This document shows positions 48,223 to 59,783 of a stretch of 64,000 nucleotides of DNA, one piece after another. The stretch covers positions 320,001 to 384,000 of the forward strand of contig CAWKHF010000004.1 of the NCBI GenBank assembly GCA_963849325.1, in the 5' to 3' direction. Numbering within the stretch: position 1 is the stretch's first letter; the number at the start of each line of letters is the position of its first letter. The notes under the pieces are model-generated. The model was not told the origin of the DNA, did not search any database, and saw nothing but the letters and a program-made list of their open reading frames with translations. The DNA comes from an uncultured Planctomycetota bacterium. GTDB lineage: Bacteria > Planctomycetota > Planctomycetia > Gemmatales > Gemmataceae. The position numbers were made by a program, and so were the translations under genes.

Positions 48223-51200
48223 ATGCTCAGCTGCGAAACGTGCCGCCCTCAGATGCTCGAATACCTCTACGACCTGCTCGAAAGCGACGAGCGTCAGGCA
48301 TTGGAGACCCATCTAAACGACTGCCCGGCCTGTCAGGCGGAGTTGGTCAAGGCCCGGGGCCAGCAACAACTCTTGGCGGCGGCCGCGAAGATGGACTTCC
48401 CCGAGGTACGTTTCACGCCTCCGGCCATCCAGCAGGGACCGCCCGCCCAGCGTGAAGCGGTCCTTTTGCCGCGCCAGCGTCGTCCTCGTCACGGACGCCG
48501 CTGGGCCGCTGCGGCGGCCGTGTTGCTCCTCCTCGGTGGGGCCGCTCCCGCCGTCTGGTTTGCCCACGATTACCACCGCACCCAGGAGATCGTCACGCAA
48601 GGCCGGCTCCGCATCGAGCAGGCGATGAAAGAGAGCGCCGCCGTCCAGACGCAGCTCGCTCGGCTGCCCGAGGAAAAGGACAGGCGGAAGGAAGCGATCC
48701 TCAACGCCCAGCGCGATTCGCAGCTCCAGGTGAAGGTGCAAGGCCCCGCCACGATGCGCGTCGGTGCGCCGACCGACTACCAGATTGAAACGGCGAACCT
48801 CAACGGCCAGCCGACGGCGGCGAAGGTGTCGGTGGAAGTGAAGGACCACGGCCAGCCGATCGGCAAGCCGATCGCGGTCGCCGCCGCCGCGCCGGGTGTG
48901 TACCGATTGACGTTGCCGGCGGATCTGCCGGTGCGGCCCGGCAGTCAGCCGGCCCTCGTGGTGTCCGCTCGCCGCGACAACGGCTCGCAGGCCGAGCTGC
49001 GCGAGGAGCTGCAGCTGGCCGCCCCCGTTTACGTCACGCACCTGGAGATCGACAAGCCGATGTATCAGCTCGGCGAGACGGTCCACTTCCGCTCGCTGAC
49101 CCTGGACCGATTCAGCCTCACGCCGGCCGAGCAGGACCTGAACGTGCAATACGTCCTGACGCTGCCCAGCGGTGAGCAGCGCGTCGTCGCGGGGGGCCGA
49201 ACGGCCGTGTATGCCGAGGGATCGGCCGCCGGCAAGGAACTGCTGGGACCGGACCAGAAACCACTGCGCGGCATCGGCGCGGGGTCGTTCCCTATCGACG
49301 CGGGCTGGAGCGGCGGCGAGTATGCGCTGACGGTGCGCGAGGTCAACGGCCGTTGTCCCGAGCAGCGCCGCAAGTTCCTCGTCAACAAGTACGAGAGGCC
49401 GCATCTGAACAAGGAGCTGGATTTCAGCCGCAAGTCTTACGGGCCCGGCGACGAGGTCACCGCCCGCTGCAAGGCGAAGTACCTCGACGGTCGGCCCGTC
49501 AAGAACTGCACCGTCCGGGCCAGCGTCAAGATCGACGGCCAATCCTACGGAGCGGACGGCAAGGACGGCGGAGCGTTCGCGTTCCAGACCGATGACGAAG
49601 GCGCCGTCAACGTCCGCTTCCAGCTGCCGGCGCAGATCGAGCGCGGCCTGGGCAGTGTCTCCGTCGAGTTCGCCGACCGGGCCATGCCGGATACGCTCGT
49701 CCGGCCCATCCCGATCGTGCTGAAAAAGCTGGACGTGGAGTTCTGCCCCGAGGGCGGCGACCTGGTGGCCGGCCTGCGCAACCGCGTGTATTTCCAGGTG
49801 CGCAGCACGCTCGGCAAGCCCGCCGACTTGCGCGGGCAGCTGCTCGAAGACGGCAAGCCGCTCGGCGTGACGGTCGAGACGCTGGCGAGCGAGAAGGATC
49901 CCGAACTGAACCAGGGCATGGGCCGCTTCGAGTTCACGCCGCGGACCGGACACAAGTACGAGCTGAAAGTCGAATCGCCGGTCGGTGTCACGCAGCCTTA
50001 TCCAGCTGCCGGCCGTGTCGGCCGGACGGCGTGGTGCTGAGCATGCCGCAAGGCGTGGTCCGCGCCGAGGAGGCGATCCCGGTGATCGGTGCGCAGCGCG
50101 GCGAAACGCTCGCTGCTGGTCGGCGCCTACTGCCGTGGCCGACTGCTCGATTCGACCGAGCTGGGCGCGGTCCACTTCCACGGCAATGAGGCCCGTGCGG
50201 TGCTCCAGCCGGCGAGCGGGGCTGGCGGCGTGTGCCGCGTGACCGTGTTCGAGGTGCTGCCCGGCGACGCGGCGCGGCGGACGCTGCAAGCCGGTGGCGG
50301 AACGGCTCATCTATCGCCGACCGGCCGAGCACGTGCAGCTCGCCCTCAAGCCGGACCAGAAGACCTATGTGCCGCGACAAACCGTGAAGCTGGGCGTCGA
50401 GGCGACGACGGAGAAGGGTGAGCCGGCGCCGGCGGTGGTGCTGCTGCGCGTGGTCGATAAGAGCGTGGTGACGCTGGCCGACGACAAGACGCTGCGGGCC
50501 ATGCCGACGCATTTCCTGCTGACGACGGAAGTGCGCCGCCCCGAGGATCTGGAGTACGCCGACTTCCTGCTGGGGCCGCATCCGCGCGCGGCCGAGGCGC
50601 TGGACCTGCTGCTGGGCACGCAGGGCTGGCGCCGCTTCGCCGAGCAGGATCCGGGCAAGTTCCGCAATGAGCAGAAGGAGGAGGCGGAGCGGCTGCTGGT
50701 GACCATCGGCCAGTCCCAGCCGCGAATGACGGACCTGACCGAGCAGGAACTGGCCCGCGTCGAGGAGGAATACGCTCGCCGCACCGCCGAGTTGAGGGAC
50801 CAGGCGGCCCAGGCCGGCAAGGACGAGGAGGACGCCCGCAAGGACACGGACTATCGTGCCGCCCTGGTCAAGCTGGCTGCCGACGACGACTTCATCGACC
50901 GGGCGCGTCTGGTGGGTGCCCCGGTGCTGGGTGCGCTGCTCGTGGTGGCGGCGGTCGTCTTCCTGCTGCTGGGTCTGTTCCGCAAGCTGGCTCGCGCCCT
51001 GCCGTATTACGCCGCCACGACCGCGCTGTGCGGTTGTTGTCGTGTTGCTGGCGAAGGCGAATCTGAGACTTCGAGCCGCTGGCCCCGCGTCATGCCCATC
51101 ACGAGGTCGCCCGGATGGCCCAGCGCCTGCGCCGGACGTGGAGGAGAGGAAGGAGGCGGAAAAGCTGGCCGAGAAGGCGGAGCGAGGGGACTTTGACAAG

Positions 51201-53815
51201 AACCAACCCATCAAGAAGGCCAAGATAATAAGACAGGAAGCCGCCATGCCCGCGGCGCCAGCGCTGGACGGCGCCAAGCCAGGCGGCATGCCGCTGCCCA
51301 TGATGGTGGGGGGGATGGCCAATGATCAGGCGCATGGCCGGGGTGCTTTCCGTCCACAGATGCAGGACGCGGAAGGCAAGGGGATGGCTTTGCGGAAACA
51401 GTTCGAGTTCCGCGGCCTGGAGAAGCAGAAGGACGCAGCGCCGCCTTCGGAATCCAGAAGGACGTGCCGATGGCCAAGGAGAAGGCCGACGGCTTCGCAC
51501 TCCCGGCGATGAGGAACGCGGAAAACCTGATGCGCGACAAGCGGATGCCGGCCCGCCCGCGGCGAACTGCTCGGCCGAAGGTTCATGGGCGCGGGCGACA
51601 AGAAGCCAATGGCCTGGCCGGCCATGCCGGTGCGCGTGTTCGCCCACGCCCGTGCCAGCGGCCCCGCCGAGGTGCGCTACGACTTCGCCGAGACGCTGTA
51701 CTGGCACCCCGTCCTCGTGCTGCCCGGCGGCAAGGCGGACGTGTCCTTCGACCTGTGCGATTCGCTGGGCGCCTTCGAGGTGACGGCCTTCGCCCACACG
51801 CTGGACGGCCGGCTCGGCTCGGCCACGCAGACGCTCACCGTCGCGTCTGCCGTTCACCGTCGCAGCCGCGCACGCCGCTGGAGGTGACGGCCGGCGACAA
51901 GATCGACATCGCCCTGGCCGTCGCCAACAACACCGGCGAGGGCCGCACCGCCCACGTCTCCGTCACGGAGCACGCCAACCTGTCCCTCCTCAGCGGCACG
52001 CCCGCTACGGACGTGTCGGTGCCCGCCGAGTCGTCGGTCCGCAAGCTGTATCGCTTCCGGCCGACGGTCCAGGAGGGCACGGCCACGCTGACCTTCACCG
52101 GCAAGGCCGATGGGTTCCCCGCCGACAGCGTGCGCACGACCTTCCGCATCGTGCCCGAGGGCTTCCCCATCGTCGCCGCGCACAGCGACGTGCTGGAGAA
52201 GTCGGCCTTGACGGACGTGGTGCTGCCCCAACCTGGATCAAGGGCACTCTCGAAATGCCAGGTCCAGGTCTATCCCTCCACGCTGGCCGATCTGCAAAAG
52301 GGCCTGGAAGGGCTGCTGCGCGAGCCGGGCGGCTGCTTCGAGCAGACCTCGACGAGCAACTATCCGAACCTGCTCATCCTGCGACTATCTCAAGGAGAGC
52401 GATCAGGCCAAGCCGGAAGTCGAACGCCGCGCCCGCGAGCTGCTCGACCGCGGCTATCAGAAGCTGACCTCGTTTGAGTGTACCAACACGGCCAAGCACA
52501 CGAAGGAAGGCTACGAGTGGTTCGGCGGCACCGCTCCGGCCCACGAGGCGCTGACGGCCTACGGCCTGATGGAGTTCCGCGACATGGCCCGCGTCCACGA
52601 GGTCGATCCGGCCATGCTGAAGCGGACGCAGCAGTATCTGCTCGATCAGCGCGACGGCAAGGGCGGCTTCAAGCGCAATGCCCGCGCCCTCGACACGTTC
52701 GGCCGCGCTCCCGAGCACATCACCAACGCCTACATCGTCTGGGCGCTGACCGAGGGCGGCAAGGACGACGACATCACCAAGGAACTGAACGCCCTGCAGC
52801 GAACAGGCGAAGACGTCGAAAGATCCTTATTTCCTCGCTCTTGTCGCCAATAGCCTCATCAACCGGGCGAAGACGGCCGACGCCGCGGTCCTGCTCCACA
52901 AGGCGGCCGAGCTGCAAAAGGCCGACGGCCATCTCGACGCCGAGCAGACGAGCATCACCGGCTCGGGCGGCCGCGACTTGCAGATCGAGACGACGGCCCT
53001 GGCGGTGCTCGGCTGGCTGAAGGCCAACCCCGGCGAGTTCAACGCCGCATCCAGAAGGCGATCCACTGGATCGGCCAGCAGCGCGGCGGCTACGGCGGCT
53101 TCGGCTCGACGCAATCGACCATCCTGGCGCTGAAGGCGCTGATCCTGTACACCAAGGCCAACAAGAAGACGCCGGAAGCGGGCGAGCTGCGGCTGTTCGT
53201 CGGCGAGAAGCAAGTCGCCGCGCTGCCGTTCGCCGCCGGCGCGACGGAGACGCTGACCCTGAAGGTGCCCGACGCCGAGACGACGTTGAAGCCGGGCAAG
53301 AACCCGGTGCGCGTCGAGATCACCGGCAAGAACGTCTTCCCGTACACGCTGACCTGGTCGTATCAGACGCGGCAGCCGGCCAGCGCCGACAACTGCCCGG
53401 TGAAGCTGGCGACGAAGCTCGACCGCACCGAGGCCCGCGAGGGCGAGACGGTGCAGCTGAACGTCCGCGTCGAGAACGCGCAGCGGCAAGGGCCAGGGCA
53501 TGACGGTGGCCATCCTCGGCCTGCCCGGCGGCCTGACCATCCCGGAGGACATGAAGCAACTGAAGGACTACACGCGGCAGCCGACGGACGGCGAAGCGGC
53601 CGCTGGTGAGTTACTTCGAGATCCGCGGCCGCGAGCTGGTGCTGTACTGGCGCGACCTGGCTCCGGACCAGAAGATCGAGGTGCCGATCGACCTGATTTG
53701 CCGCGTGCCGGGCGAGTACAGCGGCCCCGCCAGCCGGGCGTATCTGTACTACAACGCCGACCGCAAGCACTGGGTCGAGCCGCTGAAAATCGGCATCGCG
53801 GCCAAAGCGGAGTGA
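48223..53815 (+). CDS. Zinc-finger anti-sigma / alpha-2-macroglobulin fusion protein (many frameshifts)
   Basis: N-terminal C...HLNDCPAC (ZAS), TM helix, MG domain DKPMYQLGETVHFR, DFAETLYWHP, thioester GCFEQT at 52331-52348, GYEWFG, GGFGSTQST, C-terminal SRAYLYY. Confidence 0.85.
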
Positions 53816-53891
53816 GCGCAACAGCGCTGGCAACCAAGAAAGGACAGCCGAATCGGGATACCTATGCTATCCTGGCACAGAGGAGGGAGTC

Positions 53892-54047
53892 ATGATCGAA
53901 CTCACCTACCTTTCCGATGACGCCGAATGGACGGAAGACGAGCTGCGACTCCAGTTGGCCCGATCCGCCAAGGAGAATGGCTGGGACGAAGCGGGTATGG
54001 AGGACTACGACCGTTACGATGAGGAACGGCGCAAGCGATGTCCGTAA
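53892..54047 (+). CDS. Small acidic antitoxin-like protein
   Basis: Strong RBS (aggaggg), then MIELTYLSDDAEWTEDELRLQLARSAKENGWDEAGMEDYDRYDEERRKRCP*. Confidence 0.55.
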   Translation: MIELTYLSDDAEWTEDELRLQLARSAKENGWDEAGMEDYDRYDEERRKRCP

Positions 54048-54109
54048 ACTGCGACGACGTCATCCTGACCTATGTGTCGAACGTCGGTAGTCCCAACGGC
54101 AGGGGCTAG
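54038..54109 (+). pseudogene. Truncated PemK/MazF-like toxin remnant
   Basis: Overlapping start; MSVNCDDVILTYVSNVGSPNGRG* resembles the MazF N-terminus (RGDVVLV..P...G.K.RP). Confidence 0.4.
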
Positions 54110-54840
54110 GGCGCCCTCGCCCACTCCAAGACGACCGGCAGCCTGAGTTGTGCTTCTCGAACCCTCTCGATGCGCTTGGGAATATTTCGTATGGCCTCTT
54201 GTTCCCACCGTATATTCTCCGCGACAACCCTCTTACGCCCTTCGAGAGATTCTCGCATGACCGGATCGTCGGGTATCGGCTCCTGGTTCAGGCGTGCCAG
54301 GCGGGCTTCCAGATAACGAACCGATTTCATCGCTCGTTCTTGCATCTTCTTGAGCTGCACCTCCAGAGCCTTGCCTCTCCCCCTGGCGAAAAACGCCTTG
54401 TCCCAGGCCCGGACCACAGCGTTGATGAAGGCAGCCTGCTCCTCAGCACTGCCATCGACCAACGAAACCCGGACGATGCCCTGTTTTCCCGCCAGTACGG
54501 GCCGCAAGACTTCCGGCTCATCCAATAGCTCGACCCGCAGGGTGTTCTTCAGCCATCGCTTGCCGCGCCAGAAGCCCAGGAAATTAGCGACAGCGGGATC
54601 TTCTAGGGCAGGCTGAAGGACGTTTTCCTCGTCGCGAAATTCACTCGCGCGGAATTGGAACACTTCGGCGCGGTCCTTCCCTTCTCTATACGGCGAGAAG
54701 CGAATGGGATCGCCGAGCCACACCAAGGCGTACACGGTCGGTTCCTTTGTCTTGCCAGTTCGCGCCAAGTCGAAGCAGCCGCAAGATCCGGACAGGGAAG
54801 CAGCGAATACCAGAAAGATCGGTAGCTGGAAGCGGACCAT
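54106..54840 (-). CDS. Exported hypothetical protein with coiled coil
   Basis: Signal/lipoprotein-like start MVRFQLPIFLVFAASLSGSCGC; AAFINAVVRAW followed by a coiled coil. Confidence 0.6.
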   Translation of the reverse strand: MVRFQLPIFLVFAASLSGSCGCFDLARTGKTKEPTVYALVWLGDPIRFSPYREGKDRAEVFQFRASEFRDEENVLQPALEDPAVANFLGFWRGKRWLKNTLRVELLDEPEVLRPVLAGKQGIVRVSLVDGSAEEQAAFINAVVRAWDKAFFARGRGKALEVQLKKMQERAMKSVRYLEARLARLNQEPIPDDPVMRESLEGRKRVVAENIRWEQEAIRNIPKRIERVREAQLRLPVVLEWARAP

Positions 54841-54910
54841 GACAGACCTCCGCGATGGAAATGCCCGGAACGCAAACCCGGCCGCTACACGCGCCAGATA
54901 ATGAGTCAAG

Positions 54911-57514
54911 CTAGACGCCATAGCGCCGAAACAGCACCTGGACCACCCCATTCTTCAAGGCGTTGTCGTCCACCAACAATGTATAGCCTCCCCATAGCTT
55001 ATTGGGGGGTAGGGGAGAATAAGGACTGGCTTGGGGGATCGGCCTGGCGCCGGCCTCGGTCACGTCCTTAGTGGGTAAAAGCGGAATTACCACCTCCCAG
55101 CTCGAGCCTCCCCGGCCCCAACCGTTGGCGGCGTTGTTGATAGTGGCAAGTTGGATGACGTTACCAGTCCCCCAGTTCACGGTGGTATTGCCGTTGAGGA
55201 GAACGATTTGGTCGCAAAAGTTGTTTTTCGCACCATTGACATGGACATCGAGTTCGCCGTTGAAGTTGATGGTGGCGGCATTTATGGAGATAACGCCGTG
55301 CGGTCTAGTATCTCCACTATAAAGGAAGGCTACCTTGCTACCGGACCCGATCGTTACCGTGCCACTCCCATCACCGGCTTGGAGAGTTGCAGCGCCGGCA
55401 CTATTGCTGCCGTGGGCATCAAGGAGAGTGGAATTCCCCTCCTGATCGTAGCCGGAGGCGGCGACCAGGGTGATGCCTTGTAGCGAAGTATAACCATTAT
55501 TTTCGCCGCTGGAATACCACGACACGTTGGGATTGGGTAACGTCGGGTCCGTGCCTGTCACTGTCAGAATGCCCCCGTCGCCTTTGGCGGTGAAGTCGCC
55601 GGCATTCCAGACCGGAACCTCAATACGGTCCGCTGCCCCACCAGAGCCGCAAAAGTAGACAGAGCCGCTGAAGTTGCCCACGGCGCTATAGCCGATCGAT
55701 AAGCTCTCCCCGCCCTTCCCGTCGCCGGTGATAAAGGTGGTGGCGAAGCCTTTATCATTCAGGTCCAACTCACCTCCCGAGGACACCAGGATGTAGCCGC
55801 CATTCACCAGGTTGATTGGGTTGCTGTTGGCGACGGAATTGTAGACCATGGCGCCGCCGTCCAGCTTGAGTTCATCGCTGATACTCATGTTGTAATTTCC
55901 GCCAACCGTCACGGCGCCGCCGGACAGGTGGACGATACCATCTCCCGTGAAAGCCCAGTTGTACCAAGTCTGGGAGCCTCCGGCCAGCACCAAGGAAGAA
56001 CTGGTGTCGGGCACGCTGATGTTGATGAGCGTTCTGCCGTTGCCGTCTTCCTGAATGTCGTTGTTGACCGTAAGGGTCGCATCCACGAGCGTCTGCGCGG
56101 CGTTGTAGCCGGCGGAGAGGTTCATGGCGGTCAGGCTGGCATCCTCCGTCCAGTTGATCGGGCTATTACTGGTCGTCGAGTAATTGCCCACCAGCAACAC
56201 CGTGACATTATTGGTCGTGTTCGGGGCTATCACCCCCTGCTTTGTCTGCGATACGTCATACCAGTTTCCTGCCAGAGAGCCATCCTGGCTTAGTACACCA
56301 TTGATAACTTGCGGGTTCCAGATCAAAGTATCCCCATCGGTCGGCGTAGGCGTCGGAGTCGGTGTGGGCGTAGGCGTTGGAGTCGGCGTGGGCGTAGGCG
56401 TTGGAGTTGGCGTCGGAGTTGGTGTCGGCGTAGGCGTTGGAGTGGGTGTGGGCGTCGGTGTTGGAGTGGGCGTCGGAGTTGGTGTGGGCGTCGGGGTTGG
56501 TGTAGGTGTGGGCGTCGGAGTAGGCGTGGGTGTCGGCGTCGGAGTTGGCGTCGGTGTGGGTGTAGGTGTCGGAGTTGGTGTAGGTGTGGGCGTCGGAGTA
56601 GGCGTGGGCGTAGGCGTTGGAGTTGGCGTGGGCGTAGGGGTTGGAGTGGGTGTGGGCGTCGGTGTCGGAGTACCGCCGCTGCTGCTCGTCGTGCCACCGC
56701 CGCCGCCACCGCCACTGCTACTCGTCGTGCCGCCACCACCACTGCCGCTGCTGCTCGTGATACCGCCGCCACCCCCGCTACTGCTCGTGATGCCGCCACC
56801 TCCACCGCTGCTACTCGTGATGCCACCGCCTCCACCGCTGCTACTCGCGATGCCGCCACCACCGCCGCTACTACTCGCGAGACCGCCACCGCCGCCGAGG
56901 GCCATCCCCGCAGCCATTACCGAAGCCGATGGCCGAATCTCCGAAAGGACCGATGGCGAAGCCGAACGAAAGATTCGGCCCGCGTTGCTGCCGAACTCGG
57001 CCTGCCAGACCGACACGGCCAGCGGCACTCCGGCCGGAGACAAGAGATGTGCGTCGTCGGGACCGCGGACGGAGCCAACGGCCGAAGGATGCTCCCCCTC
57101 TCGCCATTGGATCTGCACCGCCGTCTTCGAGGAGGAGGGCAACGCCGGCAGCGCCGACTGGGCCGCGTGCGTTTCCTCATGGAGGGCCTCATTCGCCGGC
57201 GAAGGCATCGACGGCTGCGCGTGCTGGGCCGCGAGGGCGGCCGGCGGCGCATCCACCAGCGTCGCCGAGGGCATCGCGCGCTCCTCCAATCCTTCCAGAA
57301 CCAGCCGCTGCGGCGGCTGGGGACGGCGACGTTTCGGGAGCTTCGGCGCGCTTGGGGCTTCACCGCCCAGCCACCATCGGCATACTTGTACCATTCTCCG
57401 CAGCCATCCAGACCACGAGATGCGCCCGAAGAATAAAATGGTTTGGTGGGGGCAAATGTAGCCATTTGCGTCTTTGCGGATGGTGCGAGTACGTGTCTTC
57501 AGCCAGGCGAACAT
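54911..57514 (-). CDS. Secreted surface protein: LEPR-XLL-type motif, Ser/Gly repeats, (PT)~55 linker, beta-helix-like C-terminal domain
   Basis: RLVLEGLEERAMPS; (SSSGGGGGI/T)n; PT run at 56341-56672; Gly/Asn/Thr-rich beta repeats. Confidence 0.8.
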   Translation of the reverse strand: MFAWLKTRTRTIRKDANGYICPHQTILFFGRISWSGWLRRMVQVCRWWLGGEAPSAPKLPKRRRPQPPQRLVLEGLEERAMPSATLVDAPPAALAAQHAQPSMPSPANEALHEETHAAQSALPALPSSSKTAVQIQWREGEHPSAVGSVRGPDDAHLLSPAGVPLAVSVWQAEFGSNAGRIFRSASPSVLSEIRPSASVMAAGMALGGGGGLASSSGGGGGIASSSGGGGGITSSSGGGGGITSSSGGGGGITSSSGSGGGGTTSSSGGGGGGGTTSSSGGTPTPTPTPTPTPTPTPTPTPTPTPTPTPTPTPTPTPTPTPTPTPTPTPTPTPTPTPTPTPTPTPTPTPTPTPTPTPTPTPTPTPTPTPTPTPTPTPTPTPTPTPTPTPTPTDGDTLIWNPQVINGVLSQDGSLAGNWYDVSQTKQGVIAPNTTNNVTVLLVGNYSTTSNSPINWTEDASLTAMNLSAGYNAAQTLVDATLTVNNDIQEDGNGRTLINISVPDTSSSLVLAGGSQTWYNWAFTGDGIVHLSGGAVTVGGNYNMSISDELKLDGGAMVYNSVANSNPINLVNGGYILVSSGGELDLNDKGFATTFITGDGKGGESLSIGYSAVGNFSGSVYFCGSGGAADRIEVPVWNAGDFTAKGDGGILTVTGTDPTLPNPNVSWYSSGENNGYTSLQGITLVAASGYDQEGNSTLLDAHGSNSAGAATLQAGDGSGTVTIGSGSKVAFLYSGDTRPHGVISINAATINFNGELDVHVNGAKNNFCDQIVLLNGNTTVNWGTGNVIQLATINNAANGWGRGGSSWEVVIPLLPTKDVTEAGARPIPQASPYSPLPPNKLWGGYTLLVDDNALKNGVVQVLFRRYGV

Positions 57515-57823
57515 GGGCCGGCTCCTTGGGGTGACTCCGGAAGCCGGGCAACGTCCCGACGACAGAACCTGCAATCGATCGCGTTAACGGATACGAGAAG
57601 GAGAACCCCTCTCCGGAATGCGTCCGTTTGTAGCAGGCCGAGCACCGAAAGGCAAGCGAATAGTTGGCGGGAAGAAAAATATTCTGACGTGTGAACGGGA
57701 ACCCGAACATCCCCGAGAGGACCGGCGCAACGAAGACTCACAGGCAGTCGAACCTGCCTTGTGGACAGGGAGCACGAATTGGCTTGCCTTTGCGAGGGGA
57801 AGTGCAATTCATAACAAGGAAGT

Positions 57824-58501
57824 ATGAGCATTACGACAATCGTTTTCGACTTCGGCAACGTCCTCGCTTTCTTCAGCCACCGCAAGGCCGCCGAGCAGCT
57901 GGCCGTCTACAGCCCGCTGTCGGCCGACGACATCCTGAATCATTACCTCGATCCTCGGCTGGAGGAGGACTTCGAGTCCGGCCGGGTGAGTCTCGCCGCC
58001 TTCCGCGACATCGTGCGCCAGCGCTGCCGGGTGACGTGCGGCGACGAGCAGTTCGACCGGGCGATCGCCGACATGTTCACGGCCAACGACGAGGTGTGTC
58101 GCCTCGTGCCGGCCCTGAAGCCGCGCTATCGCCTGGTGCTGTTGAGCAACACCAACGAGCTGCACGCCATCCACTTCCGCCGCCAGTTCGCCGACACACT
58201 GGCCCACTTCGAAGCCCTGGTCCTGTCGCACGAGGTCGGCCTGCGCAAGCCGTGTCCGGACATTTATGCCCACTGCTGCAAGCTCGGCCGCGGCTCGCCG
58301 TCGCAGTATCTGTTCATCGACGACCTGCCGGCGAACATCGAGGCGGCGCGGGCCTGCGGCTGGCATGGTATTGTTTATCAGCGTGGGCTTGACCTGCGCC
58401 ATGAACTGCACCAGCTGGGGGTCGAGCTTCCCCCTCACCCCCAGCCCCTCTCCCCCGAGTACAGGGGAGAGGGGAGCGATGGCCTGAACAGACGAGGTTG
58501 A
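57824..58501 (+). CDS. HAD-superfamily phosphatase
   Basis: [34 protein letters not shown]. Confidence 0.9.
   Translation: MSITTIVFDFGNVLAFFSHRKAAEQLAVYSPLSADDILNHYLDPRLEEDFESGRVSLAAFRDIVRQRCRVTCGDEQFDRAIADMFTANDEVCRLVPALKPRYRLVLLSNTNELHAIHFRRQFADTLAHFEALVLSHEVGLRKPCPDIYAHCCKLGRGSPSQYLFIDDLPANIEAARACGWHGIVYQRGLDLRHELHQLGVELPPHPQPLSPEYRGEGSDGLNRRG
58430..58476. repeat. Palindromic repeat inside the HAD 3' end
   Basis: cccctcacccccagcccctctcccc-cgagtaca-ggggagagggg. Confidence 0.7.
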
Positions 58502-58502
58502 C

Positions 58503-59747
<1,245 letters not shown>

Positions 59748-59783
59748 TACGTCTCCGTTCGTTGCCGATGGCACCCTCCGGCT

